Below are positions 1 through 9,670 of a stretch of DNA of 63,873 nt, piece after piece. Within the stretch, counting starts at the first letter, position 1. Each line of letters begins with the position of its first letter. A program made the position numbers and the translations under genes. Location of the stretch: positions 1 through 63,873 of the IMG/VR virus record IMGVR_UViG_3300013006_000032, one strand, 5' to 3'. The notes beneath the pieces are model-generated. The model was not told the DNA's origin. It saw only the letters and a program-made list of their open reading frames with translations, and did not search any database. The stretch is from a virus. Taxonomy: Duplodnaviria; Caudoviricetes.

Positions 1-1042
1 AATCCTTTTCAGGTACCTGCTCATATCTTACATCAATACAATGTTTAAATATTTTAAGGAATGATTTATCATACTCTGCAGGTGTTAATTTATCGTTTGG
101 ATTAGGAGCAAGATTGTTATCTAACGTCCAGCGCTGTACAGCTCTCTTCTTAAAGCTAATACCCGCGTACTTTTCATATTCAGCAACGGTACGTGTTTTT
201 CCAAAGTCATAAACACCGAAGTCCATATCTTTCTTCTCACCATCCATTTCAAATAGTTTTCTATTTCTTTGATGTGATAGCTTATTGAGATCACCCCATT
301 TATGAACATCATCCCAATGCTTAGATCTACCTTTTCTTGTATACTCATGCCACGCAATGACCATATGAGGGTGAAATAAATCATAACCCCACGTATATGA
401 TCTAACAGCAAGGTTTATCTCTTCACCGTGGAAATAATAATACGGGTCATAAGGCACTTCCTTTACCCATTTTCCTAAGGTAAATATAAAGTGTGCGGAT
501 AAGAATCTTGCAGGAATAGGTTCAGTACGCTCTTTAAAGTCATCAATTGAAGCAGGTAAGAAGAATACTGCACCTTCTGGAATAAACCTATCAAAATTCA
601 TCTTCCAGGGAATATCAATACGCTCAGCAGGATCGTTTTCAGGATTGAAGCTAGAAATATAGCCAGTTAACAGAGGCTTCTTATGACCTTTCTTTTGCAA
701 TTGTTTGACCATACCAATACACTTCTCATCCCAATTCTTAACAAAACGATGATGGCTATCTAATTGAAAATAGTATTTTTCATCTTTATAATTCTTTTGT
801 ACAAGATTACGAGCCCAGCAAGTCCCCTTACTTTCATTATATGGGATATCAATTACTCTAAATCTTTTATCTTTTGCAAACTCTTGAAGAGATTCTGTCT
901 CATCTCTTTGCCAGCAGATGCTAAATACTAAATTTTCGGGATGCTTAGCATTGGCAATACAATCTCTTAAGGTTGGCAACAATTGTGGATCTCTGTATGA
1001 AGCGATAGAAATAAATATTTTTTCGTTGGGCTGTTTTTTCAC
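1..1042 (-). CDS. GT60-like (Skp1/mucin polypeptide GlcNAc-transferase family) glycosyltransferase, 3' end runs off the window
   Basis: Not in the ORF track because there is no stop inside the window. Manual translation from GTG 1042 gives MKKQPNEKIFISIASYRDPQLLPTL...GTCWARNLVQ...YYFQLDSHHRF...FLSAHFIFT...EVPYDPYYYFHGEEINLAVRSYTWGYDLFHP. IASYRD, DSH and GEE are the motifs of the GlcNAc/GT60 family. Confidence 0.8.
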   Translation of the reverse strand, partial: MKKQPNEKIFISIASYRDPQLLPTLRDCIANAKHPENLVFSICWQRDETESLQEFAKDKRFRVIDIPYNESKGTCWARNLVQKNYKDEKYYFQLDSHHRFVKNWDEKCIGMVKQLQKKGHKKPLLTGYISSFNPENDPAERIDIPWKMNFDRFIPEGAVFFLPASIDDFKERTEPIPARFLSAHFIFTLGKWVKEVPYDPYYYFHGEEINLAVRSYTWGYDLFHPHMVIAWHEYTRKGRSKHWDDVHKWGDLNKLSHQRNRKLFEMDGEKKDMDFGVYDFGKTRTVAEYEKYAGISFKKRAVQRWTLDNNLAPNPNDKLTPAEYDKSFLKIFKHCIDVRYEQVPEKD

Positions 1043-1048
1043 AAGAAT

Positions 1049-1076
1049 ATTTTAATATGAAGTAATATTAAATCAA
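1049..1076 (-). promoter_or_regulatory. sigma70-type promoter TTGATT-N16-TAAAAT, 6 nt before GTG 1042
   Basis: Read directly; same geometry as other early/middle genes. Confidence 0.65.
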
Positions 1077-1084
1077 GACTAGTG

Positions 1085-3049
1085 TTATAGTGTACTACTC
1101 AATGTCATGGTGGGCGTGGGTGTCTGGGTAGGCGTCTGGGTGGGTGATGCACCTGGTGAAAGAGTCACGGTGGGCGTGGGTGTTACAGTGGGTGTTACAG
1201 TGGGTGAAATGGTAATGGATGGTGTTATGGTATTGGTTACAGTGGGTGAAATGGTGATAGATGGTGTAGGTGTCACAGTTTCTGTTACAGTGGGTGTTAC
1301 AGTGGGTGTACGCGTTTGTGTAGGTGTGTTAGTTACCAGCGGTGATAGTGCATGAATTCTTAGTTCTGCTTTATAAAGACTGCCAGTATCAATACCAGCA
1401 AAGTCTTGTATGAATAACTTCCAAGTACCGTTTGCACTTGAAGCAGGTATATAGTTATAAACACTTAGATCGGTGTTGTATGGACCTGCAGGGCAGGGAC
1501 TATTGAATGGGAATGTGATGTCAGATGTATTGGTATTGAATGACCCTGATGAATAACCATCCCATGGCACAGGGTATATGCTATCAAGCACGGTGATTGC
1601 ATTTGTAGCAGCATCAGTTCCAATTCTGCCTGCTATTATAACTGCATCATTTGAAGGTGATACAAGCAACATGGCTACGTCAGAAGGTGCAGTATGTGAG
1701 TAACCGGATAGCTTGATAGATACCCTTGTAGTAAAGTTAGTAATACCGCTAACAGTGAATGTCATTGGATATGGTGAAGCAGGCAAACCGTCTGGTATTA
1801 CAGTATTAACATTATTGGATGGGAACATTATAAAATCAGGCCACGGTGTAGTGGTAGGCGTCTTAGTTATTGTAGGTGTCATTGACGGTGTTCTGGTTGT
1901 CGTAAGTGTAACAGTTGGTGAAATAGTAATAGAAGGTGTATTTGTAGGTGTTATAGTAGGTGTAGGTGTAAGTGTAGTTGTGGGTGATCTAGTTGGCGTT
2001 CTTGTCGGTGTTCTGGTTATTGTAGGTGTTCTTGTAGGTGTATCGGTTACCGTCGGGGTCAAAGTAGGTGTTTCAGTGAGTGTAGGCGTTAGCGTAGGCG
2101 TCTCGGTAAATGTCGGTGTAAATGTCGGCGTCTGTGTCAATGTTGGTGTGACAGACTTTGTTGGAGTTAATGTTGGTGTAATAGACTTTGTCGGTGTAAT
2201 CGATGGTGTAATAGTTTTCGTCGGTGTAATGGTTGGTGTAATGGATATTGAAGGTGTAATAGTTGGTGTAATTGTTTTGGTAGGAGTAATAGTCGGTGTA
2301 ACTGTTTTAGTAGGTGTTACAGTCGGTGTAACGGTCATTGTAGGTGTAATTGACGGTGAGATGGTAGGTGTCTGAAAGAATCCACTTTCATTAATATTTT
2401 TAACAGAAAAGCTTGTTGAATCTATACCATTACTAAAAGCTAAAACAGGAAATACTGTATCTGGGAGCGAATAATTTAATTCTTGGGTTACTACATTTTT
2501 ATAAATTCCACCTTTACTCTTATGATCAATAATTAATAATTTACCGAGATTACTAATACGCACTCTAAAACTATTATAAGGTGTAGCTGTTGTAGATTGG
2601 GTGTAGAGTGTAATGTTTTTAGTATCTAAATTCGTTTTAGATAGAAGAGAGAAATTTTGTTCATACCCGGCGCGAATTGAGAGGCTATTGGGAACGGGAT
2701 CAGCACTACCATCTAGTCCCAGAATATCAGTACCAAAGTAACCTGTAATATCAAAACCAATAGCTGCTGCAGCATTACGAACACCGCTAAATGTAATACT
2801 ATATGTACCTACCCCGCTTGCTGTAAGAGCGGTACCGCTTGTAACACCTAACCCCGGTCCCGGGCTAGCTCCTGAAATATATTTATCAGCTTCATCGCTA
2901 TCGACAAAAAATAGACTAAATCCTTCCGAGCCGTTGGCGTTGATGCCATAACACGAGTAGTCAAACGAAACTATTACATCTGTCACAGTGCTTATAAATT
3001 TTTTATTATATACAAGCGCAGTCTTATTTGCATCTGTTAATGTATACAT
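1085..3049 (-). CDS. Mucin-like virion/adhesin protein: L-type-lectin-like N-domain, Thr/Pro repeats, proprotein-convertase P-domain-like beta-sandwich, second Thr/Pro tract
   Basis: ORF track 1085..3079; the ATG at 3049 (MYTLTD) avoids overlap with the upstream gene. Lectin-like GFSLFF...AIGFDITGYFG; P-domain-like SHTAPSDVAMLLVSP...ANGTWKLFIQD..DTGSL; long (TP)n tracts. Confidence 0.7.
   Translation of the reverse strand: MYTLTDANKTALVYNKKFISTVTDVIVSFDYSCYGINANGSEGFSLFFVDSDEADKYISGASPGPGLGVTSGTALTASGVGTYSITFSGVRNAAAAIGFDITGYFGTDILGLDGSADPVPNSLSIRAGYEQNFSLLSKTNLDTKNITLYTQSTTATPYNSFRVRISNLGKLLIIDHKSKGGIYKNVVTQELNYSLPDTVFPVLAFSNGIDSTSFSVKNINESGFFQTPTISPSITPTMTVTPTVTPTKTVTPTITPTKTITPTITPSISITPTITPTKTITPSITPTKSITPTLTPTKSVTPTLTQTPTFTPTFTETPTLTPTLTETPTLTPTVTDTPTRTPTITRTPTRTPTRSPTTTLTPTPTITPTNTPSITISPTVTLTTTRTPSMTPTITKTPTTTPWPDFIMFPSNNVNTVIPDGLPASPYPMTFTVSGITNFTTRVSIKLSGYSHTAPSDVAMLLVSPSNDAVIIAGRIGTDAATNAITVLDSIYPVPWDGYSSGSFNTNTSDITFPFNSPCPAGPYNTDLSVYNYIPASSANGTWKLFIQDFAGIDTGSLYKAELRIHALSPLVTNTPTQTRTPTVTPTVTETVTPTPSITISPTVTNTITPSITISPTVTPTVTPTPTVTLSPGASPTQTPTQTPTPTMTLSSTL
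1090..1340. repeat. Degenerate tandem repeats encoding the C-terminal T-P-T-x tract
   Basis: Repeated acagtgggtg/gtgggcgtgggtgt units. Confidence 0.85.
1840..2372. repeat. Degenerate 12/30-nt tandem repeats encoding the central T-P-T-x tract
   Basis: Repeated gtcggtgta/gttggtgta/gtaggtgt units; protein TPTITPTKT-type repeats. Confidence 0.85.
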
Positions 3050-3053
3050 ATGT

Positions 3054-6000
3054 TTACTCGAATGTAAAGGCTCCGTCAATAATAGATCCTGGTCCTGATC
3101 CTACTACTGTATATGTTGTGTAAGAAGAAGAAAGGGCTCCAGCGAAATTAAGTGTATCTGTCTCAGGCATAAGTTTAAATAAGGTATTTGTTATATTAGT
3201 TATAACTCCATTCACATATTTAAAGAACGTCTTAATAATATAAAAGGTGTTTGATAGATCTTTGCCTAAATAGGTAATACTATACGTGCCGGTATCACTA
3301 TCGTATGCAAATAAAGGCTTCTCTATCTCAATAATATTAATATTAAGCCCGGTACCAGAGAGTGAAAATTGTTTTAATTCATCAAATGTTAGCAACGGTT
3401 GTTCAATTACAGGAAATAGCCTGTTGAACTCTAGAGTGCCAAGATTTAAGGAATATATCTCTGGATAGACTATTTTATTATTGGTAGCGCTTAGTTGAGG
3501 ATACAGAACAGTTCTACATAAGAAAAGAATATTTTCTGTTTCATTAAACCAAACAGTAGAGAGCTTTTCAAGGTCTTTATTATCACCTCTTTTGAAAAAT
3601 AAATCATTTTTGGTTGTATTAATAATTGTATTTGTCTCGTAATCGAATTTAATTTTATCAAATACTATATAATTTTCTGTTTCAAATTGAATTGTATCGT
3701 AGTATATATCGAAGTTAATAAGATTATTAACGATTTCATTGTTTATTTCAGTATTATATTTGATTAAAAGACCGCTAAGTGCAGCTGAACCGGGTAATAT
3801 TATAGTAGAATTAGAATTTCTATAATAAAGCGCACCATAATCGAGATATTTCGTCTGATACATTGTACGTTTAATATCTAACCCAGATATACCTTCAATT
3901 ACTTTCGTATTTCTAAGAGGAATATGATAATTCAAATAATTACTTGGCTCAGTATACGAAACAACAAAATCAAGCGCATCACCGCAAGGAGATGCACTAT
4001 TATACACAAAAATACTTCCATTAACATCAGTAATAGCAGATAAAGGCGGGATGAATAAGAATTCTGCAGGATTAACGAAGTTAGGTATAAAATTTGGCTC
4101 TAGCGGAGTACTCCCACCATCGATAAGTTCCATATAATATACATTAGCGTTTTGCGGATTAAAGGTAGGTTCATCAGATGGGTAATCAGGTAGTAGCCCT
4201 GAGGAAGGCGATACAAATGTAACGCCGTCCATTACGCTACAAAGAAAAACAACATCTATTTTTGATGGGCAAAACGTTTCTAATTGATATCTATAAGATA
4301 CAAGTGGAAGTACAGTGCCAGTAAGCGCAAACATAGGAGCACCATTATCATAAAACGATGCAGAAAGCGGTGTAGGGGTAAAAATGTTAGGTCCGGGGAG
4401 ATAAAATCCGGTACCGGGTGGTATATTTGTAGTTGTTTTTAATATAATACCAGAATAATTTTTTTCTTCATCAACTTCTTTGTAATTGAAATTATATCCT
4501 GAGATAGGATCAAAAAACACATAGCCATCAACCGTTAAGCAATATATTAACTTAGCGTTAGTGTTGTTTACTTTATTATTCGATGCTATTTTTATCGGGT
4601 GTACATCTTTGTATAAGCTAAATTCATTACCGTAGATGTCGTTTTTGTACTGCACAACAGTCTTACCAAGAGATACTAGCTTTTCAATTCTATTATCGAG
4701 AGGAAATTCGTTTTGCGGTACAACAGGGTATATATCTTTATTAGCCCAAATGCTCTTTAAATCGCCTTTAAAAAATTCTTGAGGATCTGTATACTTAGCA
4801 ATACCTTGTAGGCTTGTATCAAGGGTTTGCTCTCTACTTTGATAACTTCTAAACGTTTGATAATACGAATTAGTTTCAGAGTCACCAAATCTAAATTGAT
4901 TAGAAAAATCGATTTTATTAAAATATGATAATTCTGTAAAAGATAAAGGATTTAAGAACTCCTCCTCTGTCAACCCAGAGATGTTACCAAATTTATTAGG
5001 ATCGGGAAAAATATATAAGGTATTAGCGCTAAGGGCATCAGGGTTGACTTCAAAATTTAATCCGAAATTATGAAAATTTGAAAGACCTATTTTATCTGGT
5101 TTAAAGAAGAGTCCGATTTCTTTAGCAGTTTTTATAAAGGTTGTATCTGCTATAGCTGCTACTGCGGGATATCTTTTGTTTAAGTAGTTAGCAAATTCAT
5201 TTTCAGCAGAAAATAAAATACCTGAAATATAATTAGTAGATGTACTGTTTGTAGATATGTAATAAAAATCTGTACCAATATATTTCTTAATACCAGTTTG
5301 TGTTAAATTAAGATTTAAATTATCTAATTGTTGCGTATTTATCGTATTGATAAAATCAGCATCTTTTAGGTACTGTAACTGAGTTGCATCAACTTGTGGT
5401 GTTATATTAAAATTATTTGTACCTAGCTCGGTAAGAAAAAACGGATATGATGTTATGGCGTCAACAATTGAATAGTTAAAGTCTAAAAATAAATTAGGAT
5501 CGATATCGTATTGATTAAGAGAAAAATAATCTTTACGCTTATTTGTTGCGCTATATGCTGATGCAGGCATAGTAGGACTGACATCTAAATAGCTTGTATA
5601 TGTATCGTATAAATCCTCTACGTCGATAACCATATTATCGCGTATTGATGATAGGGTTATTGCGAGAGATCTGGTGAGGTCGGTTAAATCTTCTGTCTCT
5701 AAAGACTTAGAAATTTCGTTATAAATTAATTTTTCAACACCTAAATTAGATCCTTTAAGATTGTATCTAAGACTGCCTGTTTTAATATCATCTCTTAAAG
5801 TGCTATAATATAAGCAGATTTCTTTAATCTTTTGTGCAAAAAAAGGCACAGCTATAGCTAAATCTCTATTATTATTAAAATCTATATTTTTTAAAAAGCG
5901 CTTTTCATCTGATGATGTGAAGGAAAGAACAATTTCATTAATAAGAGTTGTATATAGCGATTTCGTAATATCAATGCGGCTTGTTTTGACTGTATTTTTA

Positions 6001-6194
6001 ACTTCATACCAATTATTAAGGTATGATTGATAGCGAAGTAAAAAGTCGTTAGCGTTAGTATAAAGCGAATTATTATACTGTAACCAAGCTTGAAATGTTA
6101 AAGGCTCGTTACTATCGATAGGGTTATCTGGCTTTATTAACGAAGTAATTGATGCTGAAAGCCGTTCATCTATAAATCTGCTTGAATCTAACAT
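3054..6194 (-). CDS. Large structural protein, probably baseplate-associated (1046 aa)
   Basis: Long ORF with a late promoter, downstream of the gp6 cluster; no specific motif recognised. Confidence 0.55.
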   Translation of the reverse strand: MLDSSRFIDERLSASITSLIKPDNPIDSNEPLTFQAWLQYNNSLYTNANDFLLRYQSYLNNWYEVKNTVKTSRIDITKSLYTTLINEIVLSFTSSDEKRFLKNIDFNNNRDLAIAVPFFAQKIKEICLYYSTLRDDIKTGSLRYNLKGSNLGVEKLIYNEISKSLETEDLTDLTRSLAITLSSIRDNMVIDVEDLYDTYTSYLDVSPTMPASAYSATNKRKDYFSLNQYDIDPNLFLDFNYSIVDAITSYPFFLTELGTNNFNITPQVDATQLQYLKDADFINTINTQQLDNLNLNLTQTGIKKYIGTDFYYISTNSTSTNYISGILFSAENEFANYLNKRYPAVAAIADTTFIKTAKEIGLFFKPDKIGLSNFHNFGLNFEVNPDALSANTLYIFPDPNKFGNISGLTEEEFLNPLSFTELSYFNKIDFSNQFRFGDSETNSYYQTFRSYQSREQTLDTSLQGIAKYTDPQEFFKGDLKSIWANKDIYPVVPQNEFPLDNRIEKLVSLGKTVVQYKNDIYGNEFSLYKDVHPIKIASNNKVNNTNAKLIYCLTVDGYVFFDPISGYNFNYKEVDEEKNYSGIILKTTTNIPPGTGFYLPGPNIFTPTPLSASFYDNGAPMFALTGTVLPLVSYRYQLETFCPSKIDVVFLCSVMDGVTFVSPSSGLLPDYPSDEPTFNPQNANVYYMELIDGGSTPLEPNFIPNFVNPAEFLFIPPLSAITDVNGSIFVYNSASPCGDALDFVVSYTEPSNYLNYHIPLRNTKVIEGISGLDIKRTMYQTKYLDYGALYYRNSNSTIILPGSAALSGLLIKYNTEINNEIVNNLINFDIYYDTIQFETENYIVFDKIKFDYETNTIINTTKNDLFFKRGDNKDLEKLSTVWFNETENILFLCRTVLYPQLSATNNKIVYPEIYSLNLGTLEFNRLFPVIEQPLLTFDELKQFSLSGTGLNINIIEIEKPLFAYDSDTGTYSITYLGKDLSNTFYIIKTFFKYVNGVITNITNTLFKLMPETDTLNFAGALSSSYTTYTVVGSGPGSIIDGAFTFE

Positions 6195-6199
6195 TTAAA

Positions 6200-6207
6200 T
6201 ATTTAAT
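6200..6207 (-). promoter_or_regulatory. gp55-type late promoter ATTAAATA, 5 nt before ATG 6194
   Basis: Variant of T4 late consensus TATAAATA. Confidence 0.65.
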
Positions 6208-9200
6208 TGTTATATACTATGTCGCTACCACTTAAAAACAGTCTAAGTCCTTTAGTAAGCTCATAGCTTAATAGATTTTGCATTATACCGCTGTCTTTAC
6301 TCCATTCATTAAAAGAACTACTAGTAAACTGTAGAGTAGTTTGTGGGTTGTCCCAGTCTATAATATTATTATAATACGAACCTTCAAATACCGGTATATA
6401 ATTAAAAAACCTATAATAATCAGATATCATTATACCGGAAACGCCTCGAGGCGCGATTAACCCCCAACCCCAGTCGTAATTATACCCCGATAGGCTTATT
6501 GGATCGTTTAATTCATAGCCATTAATTGCAACATTGTTTATTAGTGTATAATTTCCGGAGAATATTTCGTAAGCTATAACAGGCTCTCCGCAGAAAATAA
6601 TACTTGAAAGAATTGATAGCTGGGTACCTAAATTGTTAGGAGCGCTGTTGTATATACCAGATCCTGGTTTATAAAAATTTTGCTGAAATTTATTTCTCTC
6701 TCCCCAAAGGTTTTTATGTTTAATTGATAGTATGTCAACTAATCGTCTTAATTGTGGTGGAAAGGGGTAATTATATTGCTCAAATTGAATCGATAACTCT
6801 CTGCAAAAAGAAATAACTTGATTAAGATTAGCTTTATCTACATCTGTTGTATTAGAAACATAATTAGCTATTTTTTCATAGATCGTTCTTCCCAATTCGT
6901 AAGGCTGTGCAGAAGCGCCTCCAACTATAGTACCGAGAAAATCGTTAAAAAAGATATTTTTATCTTCTAAGCTTTCAGTGAAGATAAGCGATTTATAAAA
7001 AGCAGCAGCATCAAAATCTTCGTTAATTTTGTATAAGTTATACTGACCGTTGGTTGGAAGTATGTTAAACATATTTGACTGCCCTGTAATAGTTCTAAAA
7101 GCAGTTGTCTGTATCATATACTTGTTAATCCATCTACTTCCTAGCCAATCACCATATGCTTGAAATGACTGCTCTTCAAAAGCAGAGACAGGATTCTGCT
7201 CACTATTAGGAGGGAATGTTAAGTCGACATTAGGATATTCATTCACCCCCGATACTGGTTCTGCTAGTGAATCAACAAAATACATTTTACCGGTGGTGTT
7301 ATTAATTACCCAAATATATGATGCGGTATCAGAAGCGATACCACCTATGCTATTGTAATAGTTTGTAATATTGCCTGATCCTGCAATATAATTTGTACGA
7401 TTGCCGTCACCTGCATCTACTCTCGTAAGAGTGTCTCTGTCCTGCACTACCCAAGCATTTTGATATCCATCAACAGTAATATCACCTATAAAATTGAACC
7501 CTGTTAAAGGATACCCTGATGTGAGTTTACCAAGAGAAGAGAATTTAAACAAATAATCATTTTTACCGGTAAGACCTGTAATATTATTGTTGTTATAATT
7601 ATATGCGGTAACCCAAACATTTTTATTTCGATCAATACATATAGCTGCGGGTGTTATAAGGCTAGGAAACGGAATAACAGTTAAGAGAGTACCGTATGTA
7701 TCATATTTTACAATAAAATTAGATACAGGGTGGGTATATGATACCCAGATATTATCATCTCTATCTGTATCAATACAAGAAGGTAGAAATAAATTTTCAC
7801 CAGCAAACCCACTTAGCGACTTAATATTATAATCTCCGCTCAAATAATAAACAAAATTTGTACCAGTAGGGTAAGCTACAGACTTTATATATCCGCCTGA
7901 TGCATCAACTTTAATACATGAAACAGAATCAAATAAGGCTATCCAAATATCGCTTTTGCTATCCATAGCAATACTTCCTGGCGCGGCGCTTGAGAGCACC
8001 GGTGAAAGTAGATTAGTATATGCTAATTCACCGGGCGCAGATAGATATGGAAAATTAGAAAAATTAAATGAGGATAATGTATTACCACTAGCATCAAATT
8101 TAAATAATTTATCACTTGTACCGTCTGCAAACCAGGTGCAGAAATCTAACCCCGGACCATTACCCGATGGTGCAACTTGAATAGCGTATACGTTTCTATC
8201 ATTATTAGAATTAAAATAATCTCCTCTAGCAGAAATAGTAGTTGTTAAATACCCCGGGCACATACTATATATCTGTTGTCTAAAGAATCTTAATAGCATG
8301 TTAAATTGTGGGACTGCTACCCAGCCAATAAGAGAATCTTTTGGAAAATTAAGCGGATCCTGGATACTTACACTTGCAGTTAGTATGCAATTATTAGTAG
8401 CATACGGAACGGTAAAGTATCCCTTATAAAATGCGCCTATAGACTGAGGAATATCTGGTAAAAAGTCTTCGTAAAATTTTATATCCTCTAGAGGAATATA
8501 CCTACCGGTGAGAGTATCTTGTATTAGGCCAAAAGTTACATTAAAAGCGGTTAATGTAGATAGATTTGAATATATAGTAGAAGAAGATAGGGGTGGATAT
8601 GTTTTTGTAGTAAAATTATCAATATCTTTCATTCTAATAACAAAAGGTATTTCGGTATTTTCCCAGCTTATCTCAGGTATATCGAATTTAGTACTCGAAA
8701 GGGTACCTTCTCCTACAATACCGGTTGTAGAAATAGATAGTTTCTCTGCAGGGTTATGTCTAACTTTAATTATCGGTAATACTGCAGGTTTAATATTTTG
8801 AAACCCGTAAGGTGGATACGATATATACTCAAAACTATTATTAGCTATTGAATAGCTATCATTAAATTTAGAATTATCGAGCGTAGCAAAAACAAAAATC
8901 GGGGGTTCGCGAGTAGTATAATTTTTAGTAGTATCGTCGACATAATAAAAGCTACATGTTCCAGTAGTGCCTGCAAAGACACTGCCTTGATCATTTTTAC
9001 CACAAATACTAAGTTCGCCATTATTAACACGTGCATATACTTCAACGGTAGATGTTTGTATTTTATCAATTAATGTATATTCTTGATAATTTCCCAACTG
9101 CGATTGCTTATAGAATCTACTTAGTGCACGCAGATGTGACCATTTGTCATTGAAGAAGCTGGCTTGATCTTGATATTCACCTAATGCGCCTGAAGCGTAT

Positions 9201-9670
9201 AGGTTAATCGTATATCCAGTAGCACTAAGAGCGTTATATGATTGCCAGCTCGACTGCCTATTCAGTATTATCGGGTCTAAAATCTTACTTGCAGGCACAT
9301 CGTATATAAATTTTATATAATCTTGAAACAATATTTGATCAGCAACAAAATTATGTATATAGACTGTAGGGCGGTATGAACTATCAAATGCATTACCAAA
9401 TCTATCATAAACTGTAAGTCTTACTGGGTATGAACCGGGTGATTTGTAGTGATGTATAGCAGTAAGTTCACTTGAAAATGTACCGTCACCAAAATCCCAG
9501 CGTACGAGCTTATTTGATAAATTACTTGTAGATGTCAATTCAGGTGAAGTTGTAAGATCGGGATAGAACGTGAGTGGTGTATTGCTTAAAGTATAGGATG
9601 ATAGAGCAAAGCGTCCAGTATAATCTCTTACGTTGATAAATACGTAAGTATAGTTTACAAAGTTAGCCAT
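6203..9670 (-). CDS. Baseplate-associated protein with N-terminal PKD domain and central beta-propeller (NHL-like) repeats
   Basis: PKD signature VRWDFGDG...HHYKSPGSYPVRLTVYD; repeated IAMDSKSDIWI/IDTDRDDNIWV/ICIDRNKNVWV/ITVDGYQNAWV blades; coupled to gp6. Confidence 0.7.
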   Translation of the reverse strand: MANFVNYTYVFINVRDYTGRFALSSYTLSNTPLTFYPDLTTSPELTSTSNLSNKLVRWDFGDGTFSSELTAIHHYKSPGSYPVRLTVYDRFGNAFDSSYRPTVYIHNFVADQILFQDYIKFIYDVPASKILDPIILNRQSSWQSYNALSATGYTINLYASGALGEYQDQASFFNDKWSHLRALSRFYKQSQLGNYQEYTLIDKIQTSTVEVYARVNNGELSICGKNDQGSVFAGTTGTCSFYYVDDTTKNYTTREPPIFVFATLDNSKFNDSYSIANNSFEYISYPPYGFQNIKPAVLPIIKVRHNPAEKLSISTTGIVGEGTLSSTKFDIPEISWENTEIPFVIRMKDIDNFTTKTYPPLSSSTIYSNLSTLTAFNVTFGLIQDTLTGRYIPLEDIKFYEDFLPDIPQSIGAFYKGYFTVPYATNNCILTASVSIQDPLNFPKDSLIGWVAVPQFNMLLRFFRQQIYSMCPGYLTTTISARGDYFNSNNDRNVYAIQVAPSGNGPGLDFCTWFADGTSDKLFKFDASGNTLSSFNFSNFPYLSAPGELAYTNLLSPVLSSAAPGSIAMDSKSDIWIALFDSVSCIKVDASGGYIKSVAYPTGTNFVYYLSGDYNIKSLSGFAGENLFLPSCIDTDRDDNIWVSYTHPVSNFIVKYDTYGTLLTVIPFPSLITPAAICIDRNKNVWVTAYNYNNNNITGLTGKNDYLFKFSSLGKLTSGYPLTGFNFIGDITVDGYQNAWVVQDRDTLTRVDAGDGNRTNYIAGSGNITNYYNSIGGIASDTASYIWVINNTTGKMYFVDSLAEPVSGVNEYPNVDLTFPPNSEQNPVSAFEEQSFQAYGDWLGSRWINKYMIQTTAFRTITGQSNMFNILPTNGQYNLYKINEDFDAAAFYKSLIFTESLEDKNIFFNDFLGTIVGGASAQPYELGRTIYEKIANYVSNTTDVDKANLNQVISFCRELSIQFEQYNYPFPPQLRRLVDILSIKHKNLWGERNKFQQNFYKPGSGIYNSAPNNLGTQLSILSSIIFCGEPVIAYEIFSGNYTLINNVAINGYELNDPISLSGYNYDWGWGLIAPRGVSGIMISDYYRFFNYIPVFEGSYYNNIIDWDNPQTTLQFTSSSFNEWSKDSGIMQNLLSYELTKGLRLFLSGSDIVYNN

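Noticed and set aside
121-411. 96-aa minus-strand ORF in the track
   Set aside because: It is an alternative frame inside the real GT60-like CDS (1..1042), which has recognisable motifs.
1840-2372. Repeat array considered as a possible CRISPR or DGR repeat
   Set aside because: The units are degenerate, codon-phased and contiguous, with no unique spacers; no cas or reverse transcriptase gene is visible.
1107-2375. Val/Gly-rich plus-strand ORFs (1107..1355, 1713..2375)
   Set aside because: Antisense shadows of the Thr/Pro codon repeats (ACN/CCN read as NGT/NGG), with no promoter or independent signal.
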